A stretch of 64,000 nucleotides of DNA from an uncultured Verrucomicrobiae bacterium. Lineage in GTDB: Bacteria > Verrucomicrobiota > Verrucomicrobiia > Limisphaerales > Palsa-1400. Below are positions 1-8,790 of the stretch, piece by piece. A model generated the notes under the pieces. It made no database searches. It was not told the origin of the DNA and saw nothing but the letters and a program-made list of their open reading frames with translations. The position numbers were made by a program, and so were the translations under genes. The stretch is taken from assembly GCA_963764165.1 (NCBI GenBank), contig CAVXRD010000002.1, forward strand, positions 1,184,001 to 1,248,000, read 5' to 3'. Position 1 is the stretch's first letter, and each line of letters begins with the position of its first letter.

Positions 1-946
1 CGTCCTCCATGATGATGTTTGCCGCCTTGCCGCCGAGTTCGAGCGTCAATCTTTTGCCAGTGCCAGCGCACGCCTTCGCGATGATCTTGCCGACTTCCGT
101 CGAACCGGTGAAAGCAATCTTGTTGACATCGCTGTGCCCATGCAGCGCGGCGCCGGTCGCTGCGCCGCCGGTGACGATGTTGACCACGCCGTCCGGCAAT
201 CCCGCTTCCTGAAAAATCTGGGTCAATCGCAGCGCCGTGATGCTGGTTAATTCGGAAGGTTTCAGCACGACCGTATTGCCGCAAGCCAGCGCCGGAGCAA
301 TCTTCCACGCCGCCATCAGCAGCGGAAAATTCCACGGGATGATTTGCGCCGCCACACCGAGCGGTCGAACAGTCCTGCCGGGAAAAGCGTAGGCCAATTT
401 GTCAGCCCATCCCGCGTGATAGAAAAAGTGCGCCGCCACCATTGGCAAATCGAAATCCCGGCTTTCCTTAATCGGCTTTCCGCCGTCCATGGTTTCCAGC
501 ACCGCCAATTCGCGCGCCTTTTCCTGAATGATCCGTGCGATCCGAAATAGATATTTCCCGCGCTCGCGCCCCGGCATTTTGCTCCACACATTTTCGTAAG
601 CCCGCCGCGCCGCCTTGACCGCCGCGTCGACATCATGCTCATCGCCTTCCGCAATTTCGCAGAGCTTCGCTTCGGTGGCGGGATTGATGGAATCGAAATA
701 TTTCCCCGAATGCGGCGCGACGCATTTGCCGTCAATAAACAATTCGCAGCGCGCCTCGATCTTGACGGGAACCGTTTCCGGCGCGGGCGCGTACTCCCAG
801 CGATTTCCAAAGACCAATTTCCGATTCTTGACAGGAACGGGAGCATAAGTGGCCGCGACAGCGGCGGGCGGTGGAAATTTGGCGGCGAGCTTGGCCGTCT
901 TGAGTCCGGCTTTCAATTCGACGCTTTGTTTTCTTTTGGCGCGCAT
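1..946 (-). CDS. Aldehyde dehydrogenase family protein (N-terminal part, runs off window start)
   Basis: Manual translation from ATG 946: LFIDGK...INPATEAKL...DVDAAVKAARR...ETMDGGKPI...IIPWNFPLLMAAWKIAPALACGNTVVLKPSE...FTGST...LELGGK. Not in the ORF track because it is open at the edge. Confidence 0.93.
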   Translation of the reverse strand, partial: MRAKRKQSVELKAGLKTAKLAAKFPPPAAVAATYAPVPVKNRKLVFGNRWEYAPAPETVPVKIEARCELFIDGKCVAPHSGKYFDSINPATEAKLCEIAEGDEHDVDAAVKAARRAYENVWSKMPGRERGKYLFRIARIIQEKARELAVLETMDGGKPIKESRDFDLPMVAAHFFYHAGWADKLAYAFPGRTVRPLGVAAQIIPWNFPLLMAAWKIAPALACGNTVVLKPSELTSITALRLTQIFQEAGLPDGVVNIVTGGAATGAALHGHSDVNKIAFTGSTEVGKIIAKACAGTGKRLTLELGGKAANIIMED

Positions 947-1051
947 GAGCCGACAAATTGCCCGCAAAAACACGCCCTCGCAAGCTGGCTTTTTGGAATG
1001 AGATTGAATCGGGGCGCAATTGGAAGTGGGTGATGCGCGCACACATTCCGC

Positions 1052-1154
1052 CGGAGCGCGGCTGTGTCGAAGACCAGCCGCAGCACGTTGGGATCAGCAG
1101 GCGCGCCTTTCGGTTCAACGCGCTGCGGCTGGTCTTCGACACAGCCGCGCTCCG
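1052..1154. repeat. REP/MITE-like long hairpin, family A copy 1
   Basis: Arms CGGAGCGCGGCTGTGTCGAAGACCAGCCGCAGC(A/G)CGTTG, ~39 bp with 1 mismatch; diverged inverted copy at 38384-38482. Confidence 0.85.
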
Positions 1155-1258
1155 CTAACGGGCGGCGTCCCTCACCGCTTCTAATCACACCCATTTAACC
1201 GGGTGACTTCGGAAGTTGGTGAGGCGCAGGGCAGCGCTGACGGACGCCAAATCCGGCG

Positions 1259-1440
1259 AGTGCCGTTAGGCACATATTTGTAGCAACCCCAAAGTAAAAG
1301 CCTCAAGCCCGGTAGGGAGCGACATACTCCTCCTCCAAAAGCCGCCGATGCCAAACGGTCGACGATGCCGCTCCTGGACGGAGCTTGGAATTAGTGGGTT
1401 GGTTCTTTTCTACAAAGATTCCGCCCCTAAACGGGGCTGC
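1259..1440. repeat. Cluster of short REP-like hairpins
   Basis: Related units AGCCCGGTAGGGAGCGACAT, ATGCCGCTCCTGGACGGAGCT and CTACAAAGATTCCGCCCCTAAACGGGGCT in intergenic DNA. Confidence 0.5.
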
Positions 1441-1486
1441 GGCCACGGCAACGGATAGTCAGCCAGCGCATCTTCAAGTGCGAATT

Positions 1487-3259
1487 TTAAGTGCCGCGCG
1501 GGTCCCGGATGACGCCCATGAAAAGAATCGCCTCAGTTGTCTCATCCCGGATGACCACAAAAAAAGGATGGTCGACGATCATGTGAAATGGTTTTCGAGT
1601 TTCAATACTTGAGATTAAGAATTTGATGCTCGTGGCTGCGGCCGCTTCGGTTCCTTCCTCGTTTACGTCAAGATAATTGTCCTGTTGAACGTCGCCCACT
1701 TGATCGGCAAATTCCGAAATGCCGTGAAGTTCAGCTTCAGGAGTGAAGGCGCGGCGGACGCCGAGCGTCTTCAAAGGTTCGACCAGTGTGCAACTGTTTT
1801 CCAGTTTGAACTTCGGCAGTTCCACAGTGCCTACTCGACCGTCGAATTTCGAAATCCATTTTTCCAAATGTTCTGAGCTGAGATTTCCTAAAAATCCAGA
1901 CATGGATGATTTTGGCAGAAATACGTACATCTTAGAGGCGATGGTATTTCCCGTCCGATAAGGCAGGGCGGCCAACTGAAAATCCCGGGCCTTGTAATAG
2001 CCGAAATGGTCTGTCTCCTTCATCCGTGGATGCGAGATGGTTCGGCCAGAAGCTAATTTGAACGGTTCATTATGAGTTTGCTCGAACGGAAATAGCCACC
2101 CGGCTTTGAAATGAATTGTGTTGATCAAAATGATCTTTTCGGCTTGGTTCAGATTTTTGATGTGCTTTGGAATTTTGCCGCGGGTTTGTTCGCTCACCCA
2201 CTCGTTTATAGTGGCAATCCCGGATTCCGTGTGCAGCGCGAGATTTTCGACATGCGCATCGTATGATTCTTGCATTTCCAAAACGAATGCAGGTTTGAGC
2301 GGTGCGATGACGTCCGCCCAGAGGCTGTTTTCAATATCCACATCGTTGTCGATCCCAGTCAGTATCAACGCATCCGCAAGCCTCTTGTTGGCGCGGTCGA
2401 TGTCATTCGTTCGAAGTCCAGACCGACGCAAGGTATTGAGGATTTCCGCTCTCGTAGCGCCCTGCGCGCCGTCCTCGAGCATCGAAAGCGCGAAGACCGC
2501 GCTAAGCGGACTGATAACTATATTCGCGTCAGGTTGTGATTTCTCAATTGCCCGCAACAAATCGAATCCGAAATCGTTGTAGCGCTCGGCGATGCTTTTC
2601 AAACTCGTGATTTCGTCCGGAGTTAGCGGTTTGGGCTTTGGTTTATCATTCTTGCCTCTTCTAAAATGTCCGTCTGGATTCCAAGATTCTCCATTGCCGA
2701 GCACTTTCACGGCATTGCTGCCCGATGCGTCAGCGGTCACTTCAATCGTGCCGCTGATGGATTCAAACAGGACCGCGAAGTCATTATTGGTGATGGGCTG
2801 GACGGAGATTCTAAGGTCAGTGCCGCGAACCGAAGCGAAGCCGTGAGGTGTCAGAATCTTGTACTCCGAACCGGCCGTAACTTTCTTCACCTGCAAGAGC
2901 AGCGTGCCCTGCTTCAAGTTCAGGATCGTCTTGGATTTCCGATTCATCCCCTGCCCCTGCGCCTCCATCGTTTGGAGTTCCAGCGACGAACTCGACTGCA
3001 AATTGGCCGCCGACGTTACGCCGTTGATCGATGCGTAAAGACTCGAATTCGGCCCCGTTGTGAGAATCGCTCCCTGCGGCAGCTTTTTCCCTATCGCGAG
3101 CGCATTCGTTTCCCCGCTCACACTGTAGGTCGCCGTGCCCGAAACCGTCCGAATCGTGGCAGTCGGCGAAGCGACCGCAGGCCCTTGCTGGGCGAAGCCG
3201 GCGTTGGAAAAACCCGTCAAAATGACCGCCAAGACGAGCGAAAAAATTCTCCCAGACAT
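1487..3259 (-). CDS. Secreted FecR-like domain + serpin (serine protease inhibitor) fusion
   Basis: Signal peptide MSGRIFSLVLAVILTGFSNAGFA; FecR-like LNLKQGTLLLQVKK...ILTPHGFASVRGT; serpin NIVISPLS, INTIHFKAGW, EEGTEAAAAT hinge, DHPFFVVIRD...ILFMG. Start moved to 3259 because the longer ORF begins inside a repeat. Confidence 0.88.
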   Translation of the reverse strand: MSGRIFSLVLAVILTGFSNAGFAQQGPAVASPTATIRTVSGTATYSVSGETNALAIGKKLPQGAILTTGPNSSLYASINGVTSAANLQSSSSLELQTMEAQGQGMNRKSKTILNLKQGTLLLQVKKVTAGSEYKILTPHGFASVRGTDLRISVQPITNNDFAVLFESISGTIEVTADASGSNAVKVLGNGESWNPDGHFRRGKNDKPKPKPLTPDEITSLKSIAERYNDFGFDLLRAIEKSQPDANIVISPLSAVFALSMLEDGAQGATRAEILNTLRRSGLRTNDIDRANKRLADALILTGIDNDVDIENSLWADVIAPLKPAFVLEMQESYDAHVENLALHTESGIATINEWVSEQTRGKIPKHIKNLNQAEKIILINTIHFKAGWLFPFEQTHNEPFKLASGRTISHPRMKETDHFGYYKARDFQLAALPYRTGNTIASKMYVFLPKSSMSGFLGNLSSEHLEKWISKFDGRVGTVELPKFKLENSCTLVEPLKTLGVRRAFTPEAELHGISEFADQVGDVQQDNYLDVNEEGTEAAAATSIKFLISSIETRKPFHMIVDHPFFVVIRDETTEAILFMGVIRDPRGT

Positions 3260-3337
3260 AACCTTAGAATGGCACAAATCAGCAAAGCTTGTCAAACATT
3301 CTTGGCGGGATTCAGGGCAGATGCATCTAAGTTCCAA

Positions 3338-3439
3338 GGCAGGGACGCCGCGGCGAGGCGTCCGGTTGCGTGCAATCAATTCCATAGTCTGCACACTGGC
3401 AACGCCTCACCCCGGACGCCTCGGCGAGGCGTCCCTACC
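3338..3439. repeat. REP-like doublet, family B (GGACGCCTCGCCGAGGCGTCC hairpins)
   Basis: GGCAGGGACGCCGCGGCGAGGCGTCCGG...CCGGACGCCTCGGCGAGGCGTCCCTACC; related copies at 36795-36888 and split at 52859/54559. Confidence 0.85.
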
Positions 3440-3658
3440 AATCAATGAGCTTGGCGCTCGTTGATTTTCAAAGAACTACACTCATTTTGATGCGTCTGCC
3501 CTGGATTCAAATCCAGGCAATTGGCGGGCACTGGCGGGGCGGATTTCCACTGCTTGGGCACGTCGAGCGCGAATTGCCATTGAGGGTTTTCGTAATGATG
3601 CATTTCTGTCGCGTTCATTTGACACATTTTCGATTCATCTCACAAAATCATCGAGTAA

Positions 3659-3880
3659 CTACCAAAGGCGCTCGGCAACCCACTCCCATGCCGAATCTCC
3701 CCAGCGACCGCAACAGAAAGCGAAACCAACTGCCGCCACTGCTGTCAGCGCAATGCACTCCCGGCGGCTGTCAAAAAGTCCCCAAGTGATCCGCGCCGCG
3801 AAACAGCCGCCAAAAACCAATCCACACCAGAAATGAATCCAAAAATGGTGCGGGCCTGAAACGTAGTCATCTTTTTTCAT
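3659..3880 (-). CDS. Small hypothetical membrane protein (2 TM)
   Basis: 73 aa with ATG start and two hydrophobic Trp/Phe-rich segments. Confidence 0.55.
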   Translation of the reverse strand: MKKDDYVSGPHHFWIHFWCGLVFGGCFAARITWGLFDSRRECIALTAVAAVGFAFCCGRWGDSAWEWVAERLW

Positions 3881-4233
3881 GCTAGGCGCTGTCAGGCCAT
3901 ATGGTTTTGCTCCTCAAAACGGACTTTCAACATGGATGGCGAAAAGGTCGGCAATGTGGCCCAGCCGGGATGATGCAACTTCTGTCGCGGACGCGGGTCC
4001 GAGCTTTCGCCGTTCATCTTCAAGCTGTCCCTTATCAGCTTCATTCGATTGGATGGTGTGCCTCCCAATCCATTCATAGCAAACTCAAAATCGATTGATC
4101 GTGCATGGGGGCCGCATATCGCAGTTTAGCACCATATGCCCCGGGCAGCCCTTGCAGGGATTCTGGTGGAAATCACAATTTGGCAAATGCCGCTCGACAT
4201 CCCATCGGCAGCTTGCTACAAGCGGGCCGCAGA

Positions 4234-4818
4234 ATGATTCATCCAGACACTGAATTGCGCCACGTCAACGACGTTATCGGTTACGGAGTCTTCGCCACCG
4301 CCTTCATCCCGGCCGGAACCATCACCTGGGTTCAAGATGATCTCGATCAAACATTTACGGCGTCGGAGGCGGAAAAGCTGCCGGCGTGTTATCTTCCCAT
4401 TCTTGATAAATATTGTTTTACCAACGCCGCTGGCAGGCTTGTGCTGTGCTGGGATCACGCCCGATTCATGAATCACTCCTGCGAGGCGACATGCCTGAGC
4501 GCGGGGTATGATTTCGAGATTGCCGTGCGCGATCTCCACCCGGGCGAGGAATTGACGGACGACTACGGCACGTTGAATCTGAACGAGGACTTCGCCTGCG
4601 CCTGCGCTTCGCCCCATTGCCGCAAAATCATCCATCCCGACGACATCGAGCGATATGCGGCGGATTGGGATGGAATGGTGGAACCGCTTTTGCGCCAATT
4701 GCGCGGCGTGCCGCAGCCTCTGTGGCCTTTTCTGAAGGATCTTGGGGCGGTGGAGCGCGTTCTGGCCAAAACAGAGCCGTACCGCTCGATCCGCCGACAC
4801 TATCATCCTCCAACGTGA
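4234..4818 (+). CDS. SET-domain protein (putative lysine methyltransferase) with post-SET Cys motif
   Basis: GYGVFAT, RFMNHSC, ELTDDYG and CACASPHC; start MIHPDTEL at ATG 4234. Confidence 0.92.
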   Translation: MIHPDTELRHVNDVIGYGVFATAFIPAGTITWVQDDLDQTFTASEAEKLPACYLPILDKYCFTNAAGRLVLCWDHARFMNHSCEATCLSAGYDFEIAVRDLHPGEELTDDYGTLNLNEDFACACASPHCRKIIHPDDIERYAADWDGMVEPLLRQLRGVPQPLWPFLKDLGAVERVLAKTEPYRSIRRHYHPPT

Positions 4819-7013
4819 CCGACGGCTCCGCAGACGATGCGAGGTCGCCGGCCCTTGGCAGTTTCATTCGCTGCCTGGCGGTTTACGCGCGGGCTTATCG
4901 CGGCCTGCTGGCGGTCATCTTCTTCTGTCTGCTCGTGGAAATGGCGTTTTACTCGTCGTTGCCAATCTGTTTCAAACTGGTCGTGGACGAGGTTTTGCTC
5001 AAGGGCAATGAGCGGCTGCTCTTTCGGCTGCTGGGACTATTGAGCTTCGGAGTGGCGCTGGTGACCGCAGTTGGTTTGGGACGCGATTACCTCGCCGCGC
5101 GAGTGTTCGCCGGGATGATCGGCGATCTGCGCGCTCGATTATTCGATCATTTGCAGAGGCTTTCGCTAAGTCACTACGCGCGCACCTCCACCGGCAAGAC
5201 TTTGACCCGTTTTTCAGGCGACATGGCAACGATTGAACATGCCCTCACGTCGGCCATTCCGTGGGCGATCCTGCCTGGGCTTGACGTAGTGGCTTCGACG
5301 TCGCTGCTGTTTGTGCTGGATTGGCGGCTGGCTCTCGTGGCCGTGCTGGTTTTTCCCCTGGCCCTGGCCGGTCCGCGTTTGATTGCGCCGCGCGCCACCC
5401 GTGCCAGTTACGCGCGCAATCTCGAAGAAGCCCGGGTTTTATCCCACGTCCAGGAGAATATTTCCGCGCAACCCGTAGTCAAAGCATTTGGCCTCCAGGA
5501 TCTGGCGCGGGGAGGCTTTCGCGAACGGAATTTGACTCTCATGCGGAGCGGCGTGCGGCTTGGCTTCGTGAATTCCCTTCTGGAACGCTCGGCTAACTTC
5601 GGCATTCACTTTCTGCAGGTGCTCGTGCTGGGTGCGGGAGGCTACCTGGCATGGCGCAAGCAAATCTCCATCGGCAGCCTGGCCGCCTTCCAGACCCTCT
5701 TTCTCAATCTGAGCTACTCCCTCAGCTACGCGACTCAATACGTCCCTCATTTCATCCATGGCGCAGGCGCGATGCAGCATATCAACGAATTGCTCGATGA
5801 AGACCCGCATGTGGAAGACGCGCCGGATGCGGTTTCGATGCCGCGATTGGCCCGCGAACTGGCCTTGCGCGAGGTCACTTTCAGCTATTCGGGCCAGCAA
5901 GCGAATCTGGAAAACGTGTCGTTGGTCATCCCGGCTGGCGCTTCAGTCGCCTTCGTAGGCCCGAGCGGGTCGGGCAAGAGCACAGTCATCAACCTTGTTC
6001 TGCGCTTCTACGACCCGGCTCGCGGCGCGGTGCTGCTTGACAACGCCGATTTGCGGCAAGGCACGCAGCAATCTTTGCGCGCGCAATGCGGCATTGTGTT
6101 CCAGGAGAGCTTTCTCTTCAACACGACGATCCGCGAGAACATCCGACTTGGACGCGCCGGGGCCACAAACGCGGAGGTCGAAGCCGCCGCCCGTGCGGCG
6201 GAAATTCACGACCTAATCACGTCCTGGCCTGAAGGCTATGACACCATGGTCGGGGAGCGTGGCGGGCGGCTCTCGGGCGGCCAGCGCCAGCGGGTTGCCA
6301 TTGCTCGCGCCATGGTGCGCAACCCCGCCATTCTGATCCTGGACGAGGCCACCTCGGCCTTGGACCCGGCCACCGAAGCCGCCCTCAACGCCACCCTCGC
6401 CCGCGTGAGCCGCGATCGCACCGTCCTGACCGTCACCCACCGGCTGGAAGCAGCGACCGGGTGCGACATCATTTTTGTTTTCGAGAAGGGGCGGTTGTTG
6501 GAACAGGGAAACCACACCAAACTGCTGGCGCGGCGCGGCCTTTACCACTCCCTCTGGCGAAAGCAATCCGGTTTCGAGGTGAGCGGGGATTTCGAGCATG
6601 TCGAACTGACGCCGGAAAAGGTGCGGGACTTGCCTTTCTTCCAGCAATTGCCCGCGGAGATGCAGGAGGAAATTGCGTCCCAATTTGTCGCCGAATCGGT
6701 GCCGCCGGAACGGGTGATTTTTTGCGAAGGTGATCCGGGCGACCGCTTTTACCTCATCGTGCGCGGCCGGCTGGCTGTGTTCAAGGCGGGGGCCGGCGGC
6801 GTCGAGCGCCAGGTCGCTGTCCTGGAAGACGGCGATTACTTCGGCGAAATTGCGCTGCTGGAAAACGTTCCGCGGACGGCGACGATACGGACGGTGCTGC
6901 CGGTCGTATTATTAACGTTGCGCCGCGAGCGGTTTCAGCAACTGCTGGCGCAAGTCCCTGAACTGCGTGAGTCGTTGCAGACCACAATCCGCCAAAGGCA
7001 GGCGCCGGCATGA
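4815..7013 (+). CDS. ABC exporter (TMD+NBD) with C-terminal cyclic-nucleotide-binding domain
   Basis: Walker A GPSGSGKST, LSGGQRQR, ILDEATSALD; C-terminal EGDPGDRFYLIVRG...GDYFGEIALL...RTATI; GTG 4815 overlaps the SET stop (GTGA). Confidence 0.93.
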   Translation: MTDGSADDARSPALGSFIRCLAVYARAYRGLLAVIFFCLLVEMAFYSSLPICFKLVVDEVLLKGNERLLFRLLGLLSFGVALVTAVGLGRDYLAARVFAGMIGDLRARLFDHLQRLSLSHYARTSTGKTLTRFSGDMATIEHALTSAIPWAILPGLDVVASTSLLFVLDWRLALVAVLVFPLALAGPRLIAPRATRASYARNLEEARVLSHVQENISAQPVVKAFGLQDLARGGFRERNLTLMRSGVRLGFVNSLLERSANFGIHFLQVLVLGAGGYLAWRKQISIGSLAAFQTLFLNLSYSLSYATQYVPHFIHGAGAMQHINELLDEDPHVEDAPDAVSMPRLARELALREVTFSYSGQQANLENVSLVIPAGASVAFVGPSGSGKSTVINLVLRFYDPARGAVLLDNADLRQGTQQSLRAQCGIVFQESFLFNTTIRENIRLGRAGATNAEVEAAARAAEIHDLITSWPEGYDTMVGERGGRLSGGQRQRVAIARAMVRNPAILILDEATSALDPATEAALNATLARVSRDRTVLTVTHRLEAATGCDIIFVFEKGRLLEQGNHTKLLARRGLYHSLWRKQSGFEVSGDFEHVELTPEKVRDLPFFQQLPAEMQEEIASQFVAESVPPERVIFCEGDPGDRFYLIVRGRLAVFKAGAGGVERQVAVLEDGDYFGEIALLENVPRTATIRTVLPVVLLTLRRERFQQLLAQVPELRESLQTTIRQRQAPA

Positions 7014-7088
7014 GCTGGAATGTAAAACGTTGCGCCTGCGGAGCAAGATGGGGTTTGACTTACACGCAAAAACGTAAGACGGTAAGTC

Positions 7089-7343
7089 ATGACGGCGACG
7101 TTATCCAGCAAAGGCCAGATTGTCTTGCCCAAACAGGCTCGGGCGCGCCTGCAGTTGCGCCCCGGCGCCAAATTTGTCTGCACAGTCGACGGGAACTCCG
7201 TCATCCTGACGCTTGAACGGCGTGGCCGTGAACGTCCGAAGCTTATCCTTGACCCCGCGACAGGATTGAGGATCACCAAATCTCCTCCTGAGGTGAAGGT
7301 CTCAAGTGAAGACGTGCGCGCAGCGCTGGCGGATTTCCCGTGA
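7089..7343 (+). CDS. AbrB/MazE/SpoVT-type antitoxin
   Basis: ATLSSKGQIVLPKQARARLQLRPG motif; overlaps downstream PIN gene. Confidence 0.88.
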   Translation: MTATLSSKGQIVLPKQARARLQLRPGAKFVCTVDGNSVILTLERRGRERPKLILDPATGLRITKSPPEVKVSSEDVRAALADFP

Positions 7344-7735
7344 GATACCTTCTGGACGTCAATGCGTTAATTGCGCTGGCCCATACGGGACACGTGTTTC
7401 ACACCAAGGCCCGCCACTGGTTCCTTTCAGTTGCAGCCACTGCCCGCGGCTTTCACACCTGCTCCTTCACGGAAATTGGATTTGTAAGAGTCTCGGTGGT
7501 CACCGGTCTGCAACCCGATATCATAACGGCCAAACAAGCCCTCGATGCGCTAAAGTCCTCTTCCAAGATTCGATTTGAGTTGATTTCAGATGATGTCGGC
7601 GTGGCACAACTTCCAGCCTTCGTTAAGAGACCGCAAGCCATCACAGACGGTCATCTGTTCGAATTGGCTCGGAAAAATTCAATGCAATTGGTCACCTTTG
7701 ACCAAGGAATTCCAAAGGCGCTGCATATCGGATAA
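7340..7735 (+). CDS. vapC: PIN-domain VapC-type toxin
   Basis: YLLDVNALIAL, TEIGFVR, TDGHL, LVTFD acidic PIN motifs. Confidence 0.88.
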   Translation: MRYLLDVNALIALAHTGHVFHTKARHWFLSVAATARGFHTCSFTEIGFVRVSVVTGLQPDIITAKQALDALKSSSKIRFELISDDVGVAQLPAFVKRPQAITDGHLFELARKNSMQLVTFDQGIPKALHIG

Positions 7736-7810
7736 TTCCTCACTGGCGAGAAATTGGGAAACTTTTGCAGTACCGCGACCTCGTTTTCATTATTCACGAT
7801 CGACCTCTTT

Positions 7811-7870
7811 TTCACGATTTTCACCTGCTTTTACCTGCTTTTACCTTTGTTTACCTAGTTTTGCCTACCT
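7811..7870. repeat. 10-bp-period degenerate tandem repeat
   Basis: tcacctgctt/ttacctgctt/ttacctttgt/ttacctagtt/ttgcctacct. Confidence 0.8.
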
Positions 7871-8459
7871 ATTCGGTTCCTAGAATCTGGCGGATGCGGG
7901 CCTGTTTCTCGTTGGCGGTCCGTTCCGGTTTTGGGGCGTCCTCCTGACGGCGCTTTTCGGCGGCTTGCTTGAGATCTGCCAGCTTTTGCCGAATCAAATT
8001 CGACTTGCCGCCATCAAGCTCGGCACCGCGCCACTGGACAAAAGCGTCAAGCGCCGCCGTCAGCGTCTTCATGCGTTCGTCGCCGTCGTCGATGGCATCA
8101 AGCCGATCGCATTCCATGGCCAGGCTCACGGAAAGCAAAAGGGCGAGGTCGTTTCCCAGGTCTTGCGTGGGCATGCGTTTAAGCTCGTTGATTCTGTTCA
8201 ATAACGCGGCGAGACCAGATCGCCCAAGCGAAGCCCCGGACGCCCGTTTCCAATCCAGAAACCCGCCGCCCTTCCAAGCGTATACGTTGGCGCTGCTGAT
8301 CGGTTCGCCGGCAAAACGGCCATCCAGCACAGTCTTGACCTGCGGCAATTCGTTAAGCCAAGCGGCGATATCCGCGCCGGTGTGGCCGTCATCGAGTCTT
8401 TTGTTTACGATTTCGCGGATGTCCTTGGGCAAACGCGCAATTTTTCCAGTATGAGCCAT
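7869..8459 (-). CDS. DUF3486 / Mu gp27-like HTH protein (hypothetical)
   Basis: N-terminus GKIARLPKDIREIVNKRLDDG...IAAWL...ISSANVYAW resembles DUF3486; helical charged C-terminus. Confidence 0.6.
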   Translation of the reverse strand: MAHTGKIARLPKDIREIVNKRLDDGHTGADIAAWLNELPQVKTVLDGRFAGEPISSANVYAWKGGGFLDWKRASGASLGRSGLAALLNRINELKRMPTQDLGNDLALLLSVSLAMECDRLDAIDDGDERMKTLTAALDAFVQWRGAELDGGKSNLIRQKLADLKQAAEKRRQEDAPKPERTANEKQARIRQILGTE

Positions 8460-8680
8460 AAGTGAAGTCCTTTAGTAAGTTTGTTTGGTTGGTTGCATGG
8501 TCGGCACGGGCGATTCAGTGCGATAGAGAATCTGGCGGATCCCGTCGCCCCGCCCCGTCCCGTCCCGCCTTGGCGGGAGAGAGCAGACGGCTTGGGTGAG
8601 GGGTGCTGATCTCAAATTGAGACCTCGCCGCCCCCGTTGCTCCGAAGTCGCTCTGCGTCGCATTGCCATGAGTTTCGTTA

Positions 8681-8790
8681 CTCATGCGGCGACTTTTGCA
8701 AATCCAATTGAAAACAGAAAACCTACCAGAGGTTTTTTGGCACGATTTTTGAAGAAATATTGCGAAAATTGAATCTGGAACTCAGGAAAT
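8681..8790 (-). promoter_or_regulatory. Conserved ~110-bp non-coding element, copy 1
   Basis: About 87/110 identical by hand alignment to 45661-45770; palindrome AAAACCT-N5-AGGTTTT at 8718-8736. Confidence 0.75.

Noticed and set aside
1152..1271. CTAAC...GTTAGGC resembling an integron attC site
   Set aside because: The left box does not fit RYYYAAC, there is no cassette array or integrase, and the right part belongs to the adjacent REP-like cluster
3442..4100. Short minus-strand ORFs 3442-3627 and 3892-4077 as peptide substrates for the SET/ABC pair
   Set aside because: They are on the opposite strand, lack leader or double-glycine motifs and have no recognisable family; they may be gene fragments
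7811..7870. Short tandem arrays (also 46011-46070 and 12788-12820) as CRISPR
   Set aside because: Units are 9-10 bp with no spacers, and no cas genes are present
7869..8459. Prophage
   Set aside because: Only one phage-like gene; no structural, terminase-large or integrase genes
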